Counted from the stretch's first letter, positions 45,978 to 59,900 are shown. The stretch: 64,000 bases of DNA from Hydrolagus colliei (GCA_035084275.1 CM068745.1:82522001-82586000); one strand, 5' to 3'. Numbers and translations are program-made. Notes: generated by a model not told the origin, from the letters alone.

Positions 45978-46791
45978 GCCTGCACTGTGGCTCTACTCTA
46001 AGGTAAGCGCACACGAGTGTAGTGCATGAAACAGGTCATTGTGATGGATGTCAGTAGCATATACTCTCGTACAGTTACTCTCTGGTGGAGTACGGAAATA
46101 ATTTCTCTGACTACAGTACAGAACTTCTATCAATATTAACGAAACGCGATTACATCCTTTGTCACACTCTACAGTTCTCATGCGGTTTAAATACCCTACT
46201 TGTTCGGTCTCAGCCGGGGGTGGTAGGGGACTTAACAAGAGTCAAGTGAGAAATAGGCAACGGTGTTTACAAGTAAAACGCCAAGTAGAATTTAATCCCT
46301 CCCATGACAATCAATGCAGATGAAAGAAAGAAAGAAAAGTACAGGACAGTAGTACAGTTTCATGGTGACATGAAACATGAGTGCGTTGGACAAACGGCTA
46401 CTGGCACAGAGAGAAAAGGGGAAAAAAAATGATCTGGGTGCGGTTAGTGATCATTCAGTAACTTGTGGAACAATAAAAGTCTGCGTCAGTGTGAAGCTCT
46501 TATGAATAGAAAAATATCAAGTCCTAGGATGCACATTTGAGAATGCTGAGGTGGAGGAAGGAATAAGTTAACCCTATCGTTAATGCAGCCTGTAGAATAC
46601 AGTGTTTAACGTCCGGGTTGTACCACTTTCAAAAAGTTGTTGCAAACGTCAGAAAGAGATCAGGGATTGAGAGGCAAGAAGAATTCAGGGCTACACAACC
46701 GTACAAACAAACAACAAACAAAACTTACATTTATATAGCGCCTTTCATGTCGAGAGGACATCCCAAGGCGTACGTTATTATAGTGTGTATT

Positions 46792-47158
46792 GGAGCTCCT
46801 GTAGCTCAGTGGTTAGAGCACTCACTTGCCTTACAAGTGTGAGATCTGTGTTCGAATCCAGGCAGGTCAGGACGAAACCTTGGGCAAATTTCCTTACTCC
46901 ACACACACACACACACACACATTCACACACACACACATACACGCCTAATAATAATCCCTCAAAAAAACAACAATAATAAAAATTAGTCATTTCAACCCAC
47001 GACTGTGTGTGGGGGACGCTGCTGTGCGCAATTGGCTGCCGCGTTTTCACCCACAAATATATATACAGTCAATTCACTTTACAGTATATTCTGTGAAGCG
47101 CTTTGGGACATCGATAAGTTGTGAAAAGCCGCGATATCAAATGCAAGGATTATTATTG
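46792..47158 (+). mobile_element. Full-length tRNA-SINE with expanded (CA)n
   Basis: Head, (CA)n, core and tail. Confidence 0.85.
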
Positions 47159-50100
47159 TAACTTGTGCCTTTTTCAATGCAGAGAAGAAAACAAAAATGA
47201 CAATCACTTGAAATGATTTAGTTACTGCTGATTTTTGGGGGTCAGCCGTTTATTGCGGGGCCAACCCATCCCCACATGCTTTACAACGATCCAAACCGGA
47301 CTGAGAATGAGTTCCAGGAAAGGATTCCAAGCACCTCATTGGAGTGAGTGTCAGCCTAACGAGTGTCAGCCTAGCAGCTCAAAATCCCAAGGTGGGACTT
47401 GAACCCGCGATCTTCTGTCTCAGAGGCGAAGACTGACCCGACTGAGTCAACTTTGAAATGGCCAATTTATTCTCGTTTGTTTTTTTCTCTCTCGCTCCTC
47501 TTTGGGAAAAATTGAGTCCATTTCGTTGGCGTTTCTCAAGCTGCTATAAGGAATACGTGAACTTTAAAAAACCGAACCCCATCAACTCCCACAGTTCTCC
47601 ATGAAATAAAACTCACCGGATGAAATCATAATAATGTGCATTGATCCGCATTCCCATCAAAAACAGGATCAAACATTAAGAATACTTTATGGAACGCTAC
47701 ATATGAAATGTAAAAGGTGATCAGGGCTGGACAACGCAAGTTAAAATGTCACATCGACGACCTTACAGTTTTTGCAATGTTAAACCTTTCGAGAATTAGG
47801 TCACTTGATATACCTTCTCGGAAATTTTCTACCCGGGGTCATTAATTTACCTCCGATCGGGTAATTTAGGGCACTTCCATTCTAGTGTAATTTAAAAAAT
47901 ATTAGGTGTTACGAATGAGTATGTTTCAATAGACCAAATCATGTATTTCATTCAGTGACTTCTTGTGTGCTTTAAGTGCTGTCACTACATTTTGCAGCGT
48001 CAATCAAACTGTCAAATGGATTATTATTCAGTCCGGGGTGTTTTGCAGAACAATGATATCATAGTCACTTTACAGTAAATCCTAAAACATTAACTGCAAA
48101 GTGTTTTTATTTGTAATTTTATTTCCATTAATTGTAATTTCAACATTGTAAATGTTGCTAGTTACAATATTTACATTATTTGCAGGAACGTAAGATTCAT
48201 TTTTACACTTATTTTTAAATCTACGCCTCAAGAAATTCCCTGTGTTTTCAGCAGAAACGGAAAGTACAGTACTGAAGTTTCTTAATCTTAAACTCGCATC
48301 ACCAAAGTTCGGAACTAGATGTGCCTTGATTTGCTCATGTATTACTGATAGATTGATAGCTGTTGTTTCATCATCAGAAAGTCCCAGATACAGGTTACTA
48401 AGATTCTAGGAGTCCACACCGAGCAACCATCACAGTGAACAAGCATCACACACACAAAACCTTGTGGGATCTTTGTCATTTAACAAAGCCTGACTCAGTC
48501 GACAGCTCTCTCACCTCTTGAGTCAGATGTTTGTGTGTTCAAACCTCACGGTAGGAATTTGAACTCACAATTCTTGTCTGATCATCCAATACACCCCCCC
48601 ACCCCCACCCACTACCCCACTCCCCAACATCATAAAATTGGTCTTCCACTCACTTCATGGCTGTTTTTGAGTTGTGGCTGTGGATGCCATGTACAAATAA
48701 TAACATGTCATAATAATAATAATCATCCTTGCTTTTGGGATAGCATCCTATCACGTCTTCGAGACATTTCACAGGCCGATTACACGCGGCAGTATTGCAC
48801 GAGCAGTTGTGGATTGAATCAACAAATTATTTAGGTTTTTTTAAAGTGATTGTCTCCCCTCCCTCACACACACCTCCACCACCACTACCCCCCCCCCCCC
48901 CCCCCCCCCCACCCCAAACACTACGAAGACTCCAGAATACAGTATGTAAGTCATTCAATTTTACATTATGCCCTGTGAAGGGCTTTGCGATGCCTCAACG
49001 CTATGATAGGGCGCTGTATGAAACAATTCATCTGCAGCCAATGTTTTTTCCTGGTATCTGAAGGAAGATTAAGCGGATCAATTATAGTAGTGAACGAGCG
49101 CCCAAAATCAGGTTCAGATTGGAGGGAGCGGTAGCAGGGAGAACGAGAAATGTGAGTGTTTTCACACGTAATTGTCAGGATGTTTTTAAAACCAGGGCAG
49201 GGAATTTATACTGTAAAAAAGCACTTAAACCATGAATTCGCCCCAAAAAGGTCACATTTAAAATTTGAGCGCAGGCGGACGCAGATCCCAAACACACATG
49301 GAAAAGAGCATCCGCCTGAGAATTATTTTTGCATTAATTCCTTTGCAAAACGTACCCCGATGCTGTATAATAAGCCTGCTGAAATTACAGATTCCTAACA
49401 TAAAAGTCTTTTACATCATTATTGTCATACATTGGCAGCAATAATTGTCAAATTTCAAACTCAATTCGGAAAAGAAGGTCAGGCAGGACATAAATTTCAC
49501 TGGCTTTCTCATTGTCCCCACCCCACCATCGGCTGTCGAGCCTTCAGGCTTTCTGCCTCCACTCTCTGGAACTCCATCCCACAGTCCCTCTCTCTTGTTC
49601 CCCCATCCCAGTTCCCTTAGCCCCCTCAAGGCCTATCTAGAGATCTTCCTCTTCGAAACGTGCCTTTGGTCACCTTCCCGCCTTAATACACACATCCCAC
49701 TTGACTCCAACCCCCAGCTCGGGTGCAAACATACATACAACAACAACAACTTTGATTGATATAATGCCCTCCACACCGGACAGCTTCTCGTGCCTGGGCT
49801 GCCCGCACTGAGTTTAATTCGAAAGACATACAAAGCCAACAGTACAAAAACCCACTGCTTCACAAAGGGTATCATCGCAGCAACACCAACAACAAAATGA
49901 CATTTGTATCGGGAGGGCGACCTGTATCATTATCAAACCAGCACCAATGATGTGACTGAAAGCTTAGCATGAATTTTCACATATAGAGGCAGCATTTATA
50001 CAAGCGCCTTTCATGCAGGTTATGTCTCTGAGCTGAATATGACAATACAAAAAAAAGAAGTGATTCTAGAAAACATTTAGCAGGTATCAAATATAATTAA

Positions 50101-52559
50101 TGTTTTTTTAATTGTTAACTGCTCAGTGCCCCCTGGTGGTATGTATTTGCACTCATTTATTTCTGCCTCAATTTATTCTCTTCTAATGAGTTTCTACATT
50201 AAACAGCAGTAAACAGTCGGTCACTTACGCAAAAGGCAAAATACTGCGCGTGCTGGAAATCCGAAATAAAAACAGAAGACAAAAGGTCCTATCAACCTGA
50301 AACGTTGACTCACGTTTCCTCTCTCCATAGATGCTGCCTCGACCTGCTGAGTGTTCCCAGCGTGTTGATGTCATATTCTTGATGCAAAGTTCAGCACATC
50401 GCACAGTGTTTTCTGCAAACAAGATCGTACGAGACCAATGGAAACCCAATTGCATTGATTTGCAAGGTGACAAGATGACAGGGAAAATATGCCCACTTTG
50501 ATCTGATTTTCTCAGACCACCCTATCGCCTTTACAGAGACAGAATCAATCTGTTTCTTAAATGAGTCTAGTATCTTTGATGTATTTTATGAGAGATATGA
50601 AATATTATGGACAAAATTAAATACTTTATATCACAAGCATGTATGGAAATACAGTTAAGTCACTTTAATTCAGAGTCTATTGTACATTTACAATACAATA
50701 CGTATACATTTAAAATTGTCTGGCAATAAATAAATATTGGCAGGTAAAACATTATGAACGGGTTTATAAACGACACGAAAACGTAGAGCTGAGATTTGGG
50801 CACCACAATGAAGGTTTAATCAACTGAATGCCCAACTTGGGATGCTGCAATTTACATGGAGTGGTCGGTCGTTGGTTAGTGAGGGGCTGGATTGAGGGAT
50901 GGAGTGTGCAGCGATCAAAAGAGCTGGTTTCTCAAAGTCCGTAACATGAAATGCCACATCCAGGGATTCCATCCTTATATAAGATAATTTGCCTTCGAGA
51001 TGCACGATTATTGCTTAAGGAGCTGGATGAATGGTACTTACTTTGTTTCATAATCAACTTAAAAGGTCATCATTTTTGTGTAACCTCATTTAATATGCAC
51101 CAGACGAAATGAACGGCTACCAGTGGAATATTTCAACCAGACAGAATGCAATTAACTTTATCAGCGGTTTACAGAAGAACCGTTAACTATGCTGAAAATG
51201 CAATCAAAAGAGTTTTAGGTTTGCAACTTAGAAAGTTTTGTCATCTCTTTGTTCAGAAATCTACCGAAGTTTTTTTTTGAAAAATGTTGTTATTGGAATG
51301 TTATTTGTCACACCTGGATTTTTTGGGGGGTCAATAAAACCTGAGTTAGGATCTACTGTAGATAACATCTTCACTTCAACAACAACTAAATCCCAATCCT
51401 TCTCCAGGTCCAAAAAGTTATTGTTCTCTTGACTGCTTGCTGTTCACTGAAGTTCATCAAGACCAGTCCTTTTCAAACTATTGGTGGAATGTGTCTCTCT
51501 CTATCATTAACCCTCCTACTAACCCAAATAAAATTGGTGCTTTGTGGCTTATAGGTAAATTAGCTTCTGTATTCGCACCAAATAATGATAATAATAATCC
51601 TTGCATTTGATATTGTGCCTGTTCACGTCTTCCAGATGTCTCCCAAGTGCTTCATAGAATATATTGTAAAGTGAATTGACTGTACTGTATATATATGTGG
51701 GCGAAACATGACTACACTTGACAGCAGATTACTTCAAAGAGCTTTAAGATGTTTCAACTTGATAAATGCTCTAAAAATTCAAACCATTTAAAAAATATAT
51801 ATATCACTGTCACTTTTAGAATCAGGGACCAGCAGGTGCAACATCCTCCAGCGATGCCACTATCTCTGACATCGGTGAGAGATCTTGTTTCAATGGTGAT
51901 GACATTGTTTGTGCCTGAGCTAGTACAGTACTCACTGCCCTGAGCTGCCTCTCACATCACCAATGATTGAAGCTAGAGTTAGAGCCTTTAGAGCATTGTG
52001 GGGTGGTGGGGTGGGTGGGGGTGGGCAGAATTTGAATCTTTAGTTGGCTTCTCTCCCCCTGGTACATTTGGAGAGCCCCATTCCCCCGTCCTCCCACCCT
52101 ACCCCACCCTCCTCCCCTCTCGATTTGTTCCTCTGTTGGCCTAAGGGATGTCTATCCTGTGTCTATCTATTTCTGTCGGTGGTTTGTGAATAATTCAACT
52201 GTGTCTGCATTCTCCAATAGCTCTGGGGCTCTCCGTCTGTGGCAACGTTGATGCCCAAGAACTGTGTATCTGTGAGCTACCCTTCTGAAGAATCAAATGG
52301 CAGCTGAGCAGGAAAGTAATGGATTGAGATGTCATACAATGTCACGATGGGTGGTGGGAGGGCATAACCTCATGTTGTGGTCGGCAGAATCATACCTCCA
52401 TTCGCCAAAAATACTTGAGCCATTTGAGAAAAATACCTTTTCTTCTGCGCTTGAAGTGGATGAGAATTGGGGAGGGGGAGTCTCTAATCTCACCCCCCTC
52501 CAGAATATCCCACCCTCTCATCCTCCCATCCTGCCATCACAGTATCAAACTGCTCTTGT

Positions 52560-52705
52560 GGATCAAGGGATTAAGGGATGTAGAAATAGGACGGGTAGGT
52601 GGAGTTAGAATAGATCAGCCATGATCTTATTGAATGGCGGGGGTGGGGGGGGGGGCAGGCTCGAGGGGCTGAATGGCCTATTCCTGCTCCTAAAATTACG
52701 TTCTT
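52560..52705 (+). mobile_element. CR1/HE1-type 3' fragment
   Basis: gatcagccatgatcttattgaatggcgg...gcaggctcgaggggctgaatggcctattcctgctcct. Related pieces at about 23070-23130 (+) and about 9800-9870 (-). Confidence 0.7.
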
Positions 52706-53199
52706 AAACTGCTCTTTAAACCTCCTCCAGTGTTCTGGCCTCAACCAGGCTTCCTGGCAACCTGGGTCCGGTTGTTAATTGCCCCCTCCGAGTATTTATA
52801 ACCCATCCAGCTTCAGAAATCCACTCCACACTTCCAGGCCAGACTACGGGTGTCCGAGATGTGCGGAAACCCACCATCACCATGTATACGAGTGTTCAAA
52901 ACAAAACTGAGAATTTCTGTGCATCCCACTGGTAAATTCACTGGGATTTGGAGAATTTCCACCCTCACTCCAAGTTTAAAAAGGAGTTTTGTTTAAATTT
53001 GGTAAATTTATGGTAAATTGATTTTTTTTTCCCCCTCTGTGGTGGTCCCGGAGGACTGGGTAATTGATGCAGTAATGGACAAACCGTGCTCCTGGTCAAT
53101 ACTATTAAAGGGTCCACAGTCAAAATGTCATTTCCACTTGAATAGCTGCCGCCCCTCTCATTTTCAGCAGCATTTTCTGCCATTTTAAAATAAAGATGT

Positions 53200-53267
53200 A
53201 CAGACACACACAGACACACAGACACACACACACACATACACACAAATAGATACACACACACACACAA
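53200..53267. repeat. Compound (CA)n microsatellite
   Basis: Read directly from the sequence. Confidence 0.85.
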
Positions 53268-54229
53268 AGGTACACGGATATTGTGTACTGTAAATGGCTA
53301 ACCTCAGATGTTATGAGTGTGCACGGGATTGTGTTGATATATTGACACACAAATAATTTACATTCCCATATTGCCCTATGTGTTTTTTCGTTTACTCCAG
53401 ATGCTGAATACAGAATGGGACACACTGCAAGACAGCGAGTGTCGAGATTTAGTGACTCTTTTGACATGTGAATAGAGTACGGTGGATGCCAACGCTGACT
53501 TGTCACTCACAGTTCAAAGCAGTTCAAAGCTGCAAATGAAGTGGGAGGGTGGGAGGCTGGAGAAAGTTGATCTCAAAACAAAAGCAACGTAGGAACAAAA
53601 TTTCCGGCTTGGAAATTTGGAGTTCGGGTTTGTGATTGTGTTGTTGAATGGCACGCTTGGAACTTTTTGTATATACAGTATAATATAATCATAATAATAA
53701 TAATCCTTACATTTATATAGCGCTTTCCACGTCTTATCGACGTCTCAAAGCGCTTCACAGAATACAACAATTTTTAACCGAATTTCAATCCAATTACTAC
53801 TAAATCTCTTGCAATTTCTCCATTTCTCTTTCCCCCCCTTTCCATACCTTCACCCATCTCTGCTTGATGTTTTGGCATCATCTCTGTTACAGTAATAACC
53901 CCCAAGACTATTGCTCTGTACACGAAGGATGCTTTGTAAATGACGTCAAATTAAATGAAAGAGGGAGAGAATGCTAGTTGCAGGGCTATTGTTCTTCCAG
54001 CAGATGTCAGTAGGCATTATTTTCACACCCGATGAAGACTTGTGTTAATAGTTTACCAAAAACAGTCTTGTTGCTGTGTTTCTTTCTGTGGGAGGAAATA
54101 ATGCCAAAGTCCATAAAATGGGCAATGCACGTGATACGTTTCTGCGCTCTTACACTAAGCCCAGAGTAGCAGAAAGCAAATACTGTATCCAGGAATCATG
54201 AAATCATCGATTAAAAATGTTATTTTTAA

Positions 54230-55498
54230 TCTTGACCTGTCTGCTGCGTTCGACACAGTCGATCACACCATCCTCCTCCAACGTCTTTCCTCCCACCTCA
54301 ACCTTCAAGGCACAGTCCTTGACTGGTTCCATTCCTATCTGACCCACCGTTTACACTTTGTATCTTCCAATTATTTTTCTTCAAACCCCTGTACAGTTTC
54401 TCACGGCGTCCCTCAGGGCTCTGTCCTCGGCCCTCTCCTTTTCACCCTTTACACGCTCCCTCTGGGTGATGTCATCCGCAAACATGGGGTAAATTTCCAC
54501 ATGTATGTGGACGACACCCAGTTGTACCTTTCTGCCTCATCCCTCAACCCCCAGACCATTGATGTTCTGACAGCATGTCTGTCCGACATCGAGTCCTGGA
54601 CGAGGGACAACTTCTTGCAATTGAATGTGAGTAAGACCGAGGCCCTCCTGATCGCCTCAAGCCAGCGCCTCCGCACATCGGGCGCTGCCAGCCTCAACAT
54701 CCAAGGCTGTACTCTCCACCTCATAAAGCCAGTCAGGAACCTCGGCATCATGTTCGATCAAAAACTTTCCTTCCTCCCCCACATCCGCGCCTTGACCGGC
54801 ACCGCTTATTTCCACCTACGCAACATTGCCAGGCTCCGCAATTATCTCACCCCCCGCGCTGCCGAAACACTCGTGCACGCATACATCACCTCACGGCTGG
54901 ACTACGGAAATTCTCTCCGCGTCGGCCTCCCCAGTTCCTCCATTCATAGGCTGCAGGCCATCCAAAACTCTGCAGCCCGTGTACTATCCCACACCCGCCT
55001 CCGCGACCACATAACCCCCACCCTCGCCCATCTCCACTGGCTCCCCATCCTCCAGAGGATCGAGTTCAAGATCCTCGTCCTCACCTACAAGGCCTTACAC
55101 GGCCTTGCCCCGCCCTATTTAACCGATCTACTCTCCCCCTACACGCCCACCCGGACCCTCCGTTCAACAGGACTTGTCCTGCTCCAAGCCCCCCGCCTGA
55201 ACCGCCCCACCATCGGAGGCCGGGCCTTCAGTTTCTCCGCTCCCACCCTATGGAATTCCATCCCTCAATCCCTCCGTCTCGTTTCTTCCCTTTCCTCTTT
55301 CAAGGCCGGTGTGAAGACTTTCCTCTTCGACCGTGCCTTTTGTTCCACCCCGAATTGTTCGACCTTCCCTTCGTGTCTCACCCCTTCCCAAACACTCCCC
55401 TCCCAGCTCAGGTCACACGCCTCCTGTGCAGCGCCTTGGGACGTCCTCCCGACGTGAAAGGCGCTCTATAAATGTAATTTGTTGTTGTTGTTGTTGTT
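54230..55498 (+). mobile_element. 5'-truncated L2 LINE with open RT frame (YVDD variant)
   Basis: [12 protein letters not shown]...[13 protein letters not shown]...[10 protein letters not shown]...AAPWDVLPT*, then (TTG)n. Very similar to 15727-17228. Confidence 0.95.
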
Positions 55499-56194
55499 AT
55501 GAAACGCATCTCTCAATTTTATTTGGATTTTAAATTGGGATTTTCTGAAAACAGACCGCATTTTGTAGGAACAATGAAACAACTTATCTCAAGACTTAAT
55601 TCTTTTAACCAAGCTTACGGTCATTTTTCTCTGCTGTCCCTACCCTACCCCCACATTGGCTCCTATTCCCCTCTCCCAGCTCAGGCGCCCAGCCAATATT
55701 GTTATATTTCTTGGGTCATCCTCCTGACACGAAAGACACCATATGAATATATAAGTTCGTATTATTATAATAAAGTTGCCAACTGATCAGTAAATTTCCA
55801 GAGTGTGTATGTTTTTTTTTGGCTCATAAATACTATTAACTAAACAGTCTCCGAGGCAGTAAAAATGATTGTGATTATTTTCTCAAACATTGTTTTGTAT
55901 GAGACCGAGGTTGCAAACAAAATGTTTGTCAGGAAGACAGCGATGTAAATAACAAGAAGAAGAATCCTTGCATAACAGCACCAATAATATCAAAATGTCT
56001 TCAAGCATTTCATGGGATAATTGCAGTCAAGCACAGCAACTGTGAATTTTAATATGATGGAGTCATTGATTTTGGTGAACACCTCGTAAACTCAGAAACA
56101 ACTATAAAACCAGCAAAGGTTTTTGCAATGCCTGGAGTCCTTTACCTGCTTTCGAAATGGCCTCTGCATATTGGCTTTCTCTGAGAATCTGTGC

Positions 56195-56560
56195 AACAAC
56201 AACAACAACAAAATCACATTTATAGAGCAGCCTTTCACTGAACAGTCAGGTCAGGATCCGAGCAGTGTGGGGAGGGTCGGGGAAAGGAGAGTGGGAGCGG
56301 GGAAAGAGTTAGTGGGGCAGCAGAAGGCGCGGTCGAAGAGGAAGGTCTTGAGACCGGCCTTGAAGGAGGAAAGGGAGGAAGCGAGGCAGAGGAGCTCCAC
56401 AGTGTGAGAGCAAAGAGGCTGAAAGCCCGGCCACTGATGGTTGGGCGGTTAGGGCAGTAGACACGGAGCAGGCCTGAGTCTGCTGAACGGAGGGAGTGCG
56501 CAGGCTGGTAGGGAGACTGTAGGTCAGAGAGATAGGCGGGGGCAAGGCCGTGAATTTCTC
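56195..56560 (-). mobile_element. L2 3' fragment
   Basis: (CAA)n tail and L2 C-terminal region. Confidence 0.7.
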
Positions 56561-57437
56561 AACAGTAATGGCCCACTCTCCTGACACAATGGGGTGCATC
56601 GTGCTCAGCAAAGGTTGCGACGAGATGGGAAGCGGGAGGACGAAAGCTAGGTGACAATGGAAACAGACAGTTTGAGGCCAAACGCAACCGAAACGATAAT
56701 ATCTTGAGGGAAATGAAGAATGCATCACATCAAAAGGCAAGGAAACAAACAAGCAATTACGATGTACAGTCACACAAGTTAGAACAACAACTTGCCCTTT
56801 CATAGCGTCTTGGAGAGCGAGCCAAAACTACCTGTAAGTACAGTGTGTACGTTTCCCTCATACTTCTGTGGTAATGCCTTCTACATGGGCTTGCTACCTG
56901 GGAATTGACACAGGTATAATTTACTTTGCAGTAATATATACTGTGAAGCGTTTTAAGACGTGTAGAAAGCGTGAAAAGCGCCATATCAAATGCAAGGGAG
57001 TATTATTATTATTACTACAAAGTGTTACAGTGACGTACAGGGAAGACGTTTAGTCTACATGGGTGGGGAGATTGGTGTTGATCGTAAGCCCGCTCAAGGA
57101 GGCAGGCTTTAAGGCGGGACTTGAAAAGGGGGTGGAAAGGGGGAAAGGCAGAGGGATTGAGGGTGAGAGTTCAGGTGTTTGGGGGCCTAGAGGTTGAGGG
57201 AGTGAGATCAGAGAGTTAGTGAGGTGTAAGTGAGTGAGAGGATTTGAACACGAGTGTCTTAATGCCACCAAATCAGTTCATAGTCTCAGCGGAACTTGTT
57301 TTATTAACTAGACGCAATCAAAGCTGCAGTCTCGGACCACATTCTGTTTCAGATCTAATGTAGTCATTACATTACATTAATTGGTTCTGCGTTCTAAAGA
57401 GAGTAAACCTAGCCTATCTAGCCTTTCCCCCAAGTGC

Positions 57438-57882
57438 CTTGAATTATGGGGAAAGGTTAGATAGGCTAGGTTTATTCTCTTTAGAACAGAAAAGGTTGAG
57501 AGGAGACCTAATAGAGGTTTATAAGGGGATTCGATAGGGTGAATAAGGAAAAACTGTTTCCACTGGTGGGCGAATCAGTGACTCATGGTCACAGATTTAA
57601 AATAGTTTCAAAACGAAGCAGAGGGGAGCTGAGGAGAAACGTTTTCACTCAGCGGGTTGTTCGAATCTGGAATGCATTGCCTGAAAAGGTAGTGGAGGAC
57701 GATTGGATAACAACTTTTAAAAGAGAATTAGATCTTTATTTAGAGAGAACAGGTCTGTTAGGTTATGGGGAAAGAGTGGGGCAGTGGGATTGAGTTGCTC
57801 TCTTCAAAGAGCCAGCACAGACTAGATGGGCCAAATGGCCTCGTTTTGTGCTGTAAAATTCTATGATTCTACGATTCTATCA
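57438..57882 (+). mobile_element. CR1 LINE 3' fragment with residual RT C-terminus and fold-back 5' end
   Basis: LNYGERLDRLGLFSLEQKRLRGDLIEVY...FTQRVVRIWNALPEKVV and the (ATTCTAYG)n tail. Confidence 0.9.
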
Positions 57883-58224
57883 TACAGTTACATAATATGC
57901 CTCTCTTCAGTTTTGTTTGTTCTTATCCGCTGGCAAAGAAGAATGTGGTGAGATGGTGTAATGGATTTGGATAGGTGTAGGCATGACCTAGGGATGATAC
58001 AATCCAGAGGAAACCGGAGGAGGGAGTACACTTGTCATAAGACATGTTTTTATACGATGAGTAAATCACTTGTCTGTTGCTCAGAGAAAGAAATTCGATG
58101 TATTGATCTTAGTTCGGGAATTTCAAGGTGATAGTTTTGGCAGCTGTCAGAAAAACTACTGAAAAATCACTTCCAATGTATAAGTGTATCACTGTAGGTT
58201 TGGTGGTGGTGCTGCAACCATCAC

Positions 58225-58460
58225 AATAATAATAATAATTATTGGATTATTATCCAATAATCCAATTTGATATAGCAATTTGCACATCTTATCGGCGTCT
58301 CAAAGTGCTTCACAGAATATACTGTAAAGTGAATTGACTGTATATATATTTGTAGGCGGTTCGTGGCAGCCAATTGCGCACAGCAGTGTCCCCCACAAAC
58401 AGTCGTGGATTGAAATGACCAATTTTATTATTGTGGTTTTGTTGGAGGGATTATTATTAG

Positions 58461-58498
<38 letters not shown>

Positions 58499-58620
58499 AG
58501 TATGGAAACTTGCCCAAGGTTTCGCCCTAAGCTGCCTGGATTCGAACACAGGTCTCCCCAGTTTGGTCTCCCCAGGTTGCAAGACAAGGGCTCTAACCAC
58601 TAAGACACAAGGAGCTCCAC
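58225..58620 (-). mobile_element. Full-length tRNA-SINE (14-nt duplication subfamily, long (GT)n)
   Basis: Head, about 17 GT units, core and tail. Confidence 0.85.
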
Positions 58621-59449
58621 AAAGCAGTAACAGTAACACTTTTGTTCGTTTTCCCCTCCAACTTGTAAATAATAAAGAAACACAGCGAAGATCGGTCTCC
58701 CAAGGCTCGCTGGTGTATTATTCAGACAAGCGAGAGCGGAGGTGACTGATCTAAATTGGACTTTTGAGACGCTCCGAATGAATTTTTGATGTCTTGATGG
58801 GATCACAGGTGTTTTACTTGCCATACAGTGCTTTGGGAATATTGACTCAGTTTGTGTGGAATGCGCGACTTTGAGGGGCTTTTGTAAAAAAAAACACAGA
58901 TTAAATGTGTGTCCGCAACAAATAGCTGAGCAGTGAGTTTGTGATGATGGGGCTGCCTATGTCCTGTAATGGGTAGGGTTGTGTATGCTAACCTAATTAA
59001 AGAACATTTCTCATGAATCAATGCATGAGAAACCAAACTGGAGGGGGTGTGTGTGTGGGGGGAATGTGTGTGGGGTGGGGGCGGGGGCACCAAAATAATT
59101 TGCTTGTACATCAGCCGAAGTTAAACTGTGAATTTCGCTGAAGAAACATAACTACTTTGGGAGCTGACATGATTAAAGATGCACTTTGCGAACCTTTCAA
59201 TATTTCTGCAGAAACAGCGGTTTCGAGAGGGTGCACTTTGATGGCCCAGGAAAAGCACTTAATATCTTTGATATCGCAGAACCTGTGAGGAACCGGAGTA
59301 GCATAAAATCCATGTGGGAAGGAGAAAACAGAGACAATTGAATGCTTTTTGGGCCATTTTGTGAGAAAGCACTGACATAACAACAGCTCGCATTAAATGC
59401 AAGGATTATGATTATTATTATTATTTAGAAAGTGACCTTTGTAAGAGAT

Positions 59450-59900
59450 ATAACAACAATAAAATTACATTTATGGAGTTGCGTTTCACGTCGAGAGGAC
59501 GTCCCAAGGCACTGAACAGTCAGGGGTCCAGGTCCGAGCACGGGAGAGGGGCAGGGTAGGGGAAGAGGGGAGGGAGAGAGGTGGGAGGGCGGCTGAAGGC
59601 TCGATCGAAAAGGAGGGTCTTGAGACTGTCCTTGGAGGAGGTAAGGGAGTAAGCAAGCTGGAGGGACCGTGGGATGGAGTTGCAGACTATGGGGGCAGAG
59701 AGGCTAAAAGCCCGGCCATGGTTTGAAATGACCAATTTTTATTATTGCGGGATTGTTTGGGGACGGATTATTATTAGTCATGTGTGTGTGTGTGTGTGGA
59801 GTCAGGAAACTTGCCCAAGGTTTCGCCCTGACCCGCCTGGATTCGAACACACAGGTCTCACGCTTGTAAGGCGAATGCTCTAACCACTGAGCTACAGGAG
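59450..59900 (-). mobile_element. SINE 5' half fused to an L2 3' fragment
   Basis: On the minus strand the SINE head (59900-59722) switches after ggtcatttcaa to L2 sequence ending in the L2 tail. Confidence 0.75.

Noticed and set aside
54198-54229. N-terminus MKSSIKNVIFN of the 419-aa ORF as a cellular gene start
   Set aside because: It is flanking genomic sequence fused in frame by chance to a 5'-truncated L2 RT.
59111-59383. 90-aa minus-strand ORF and the overlapping plus frame (...NSGFERVHFDGPGKALNIF...)
   Set aside because: Neither frame is bounded by a consistent acceptor/donor pair, and no family is recognised.
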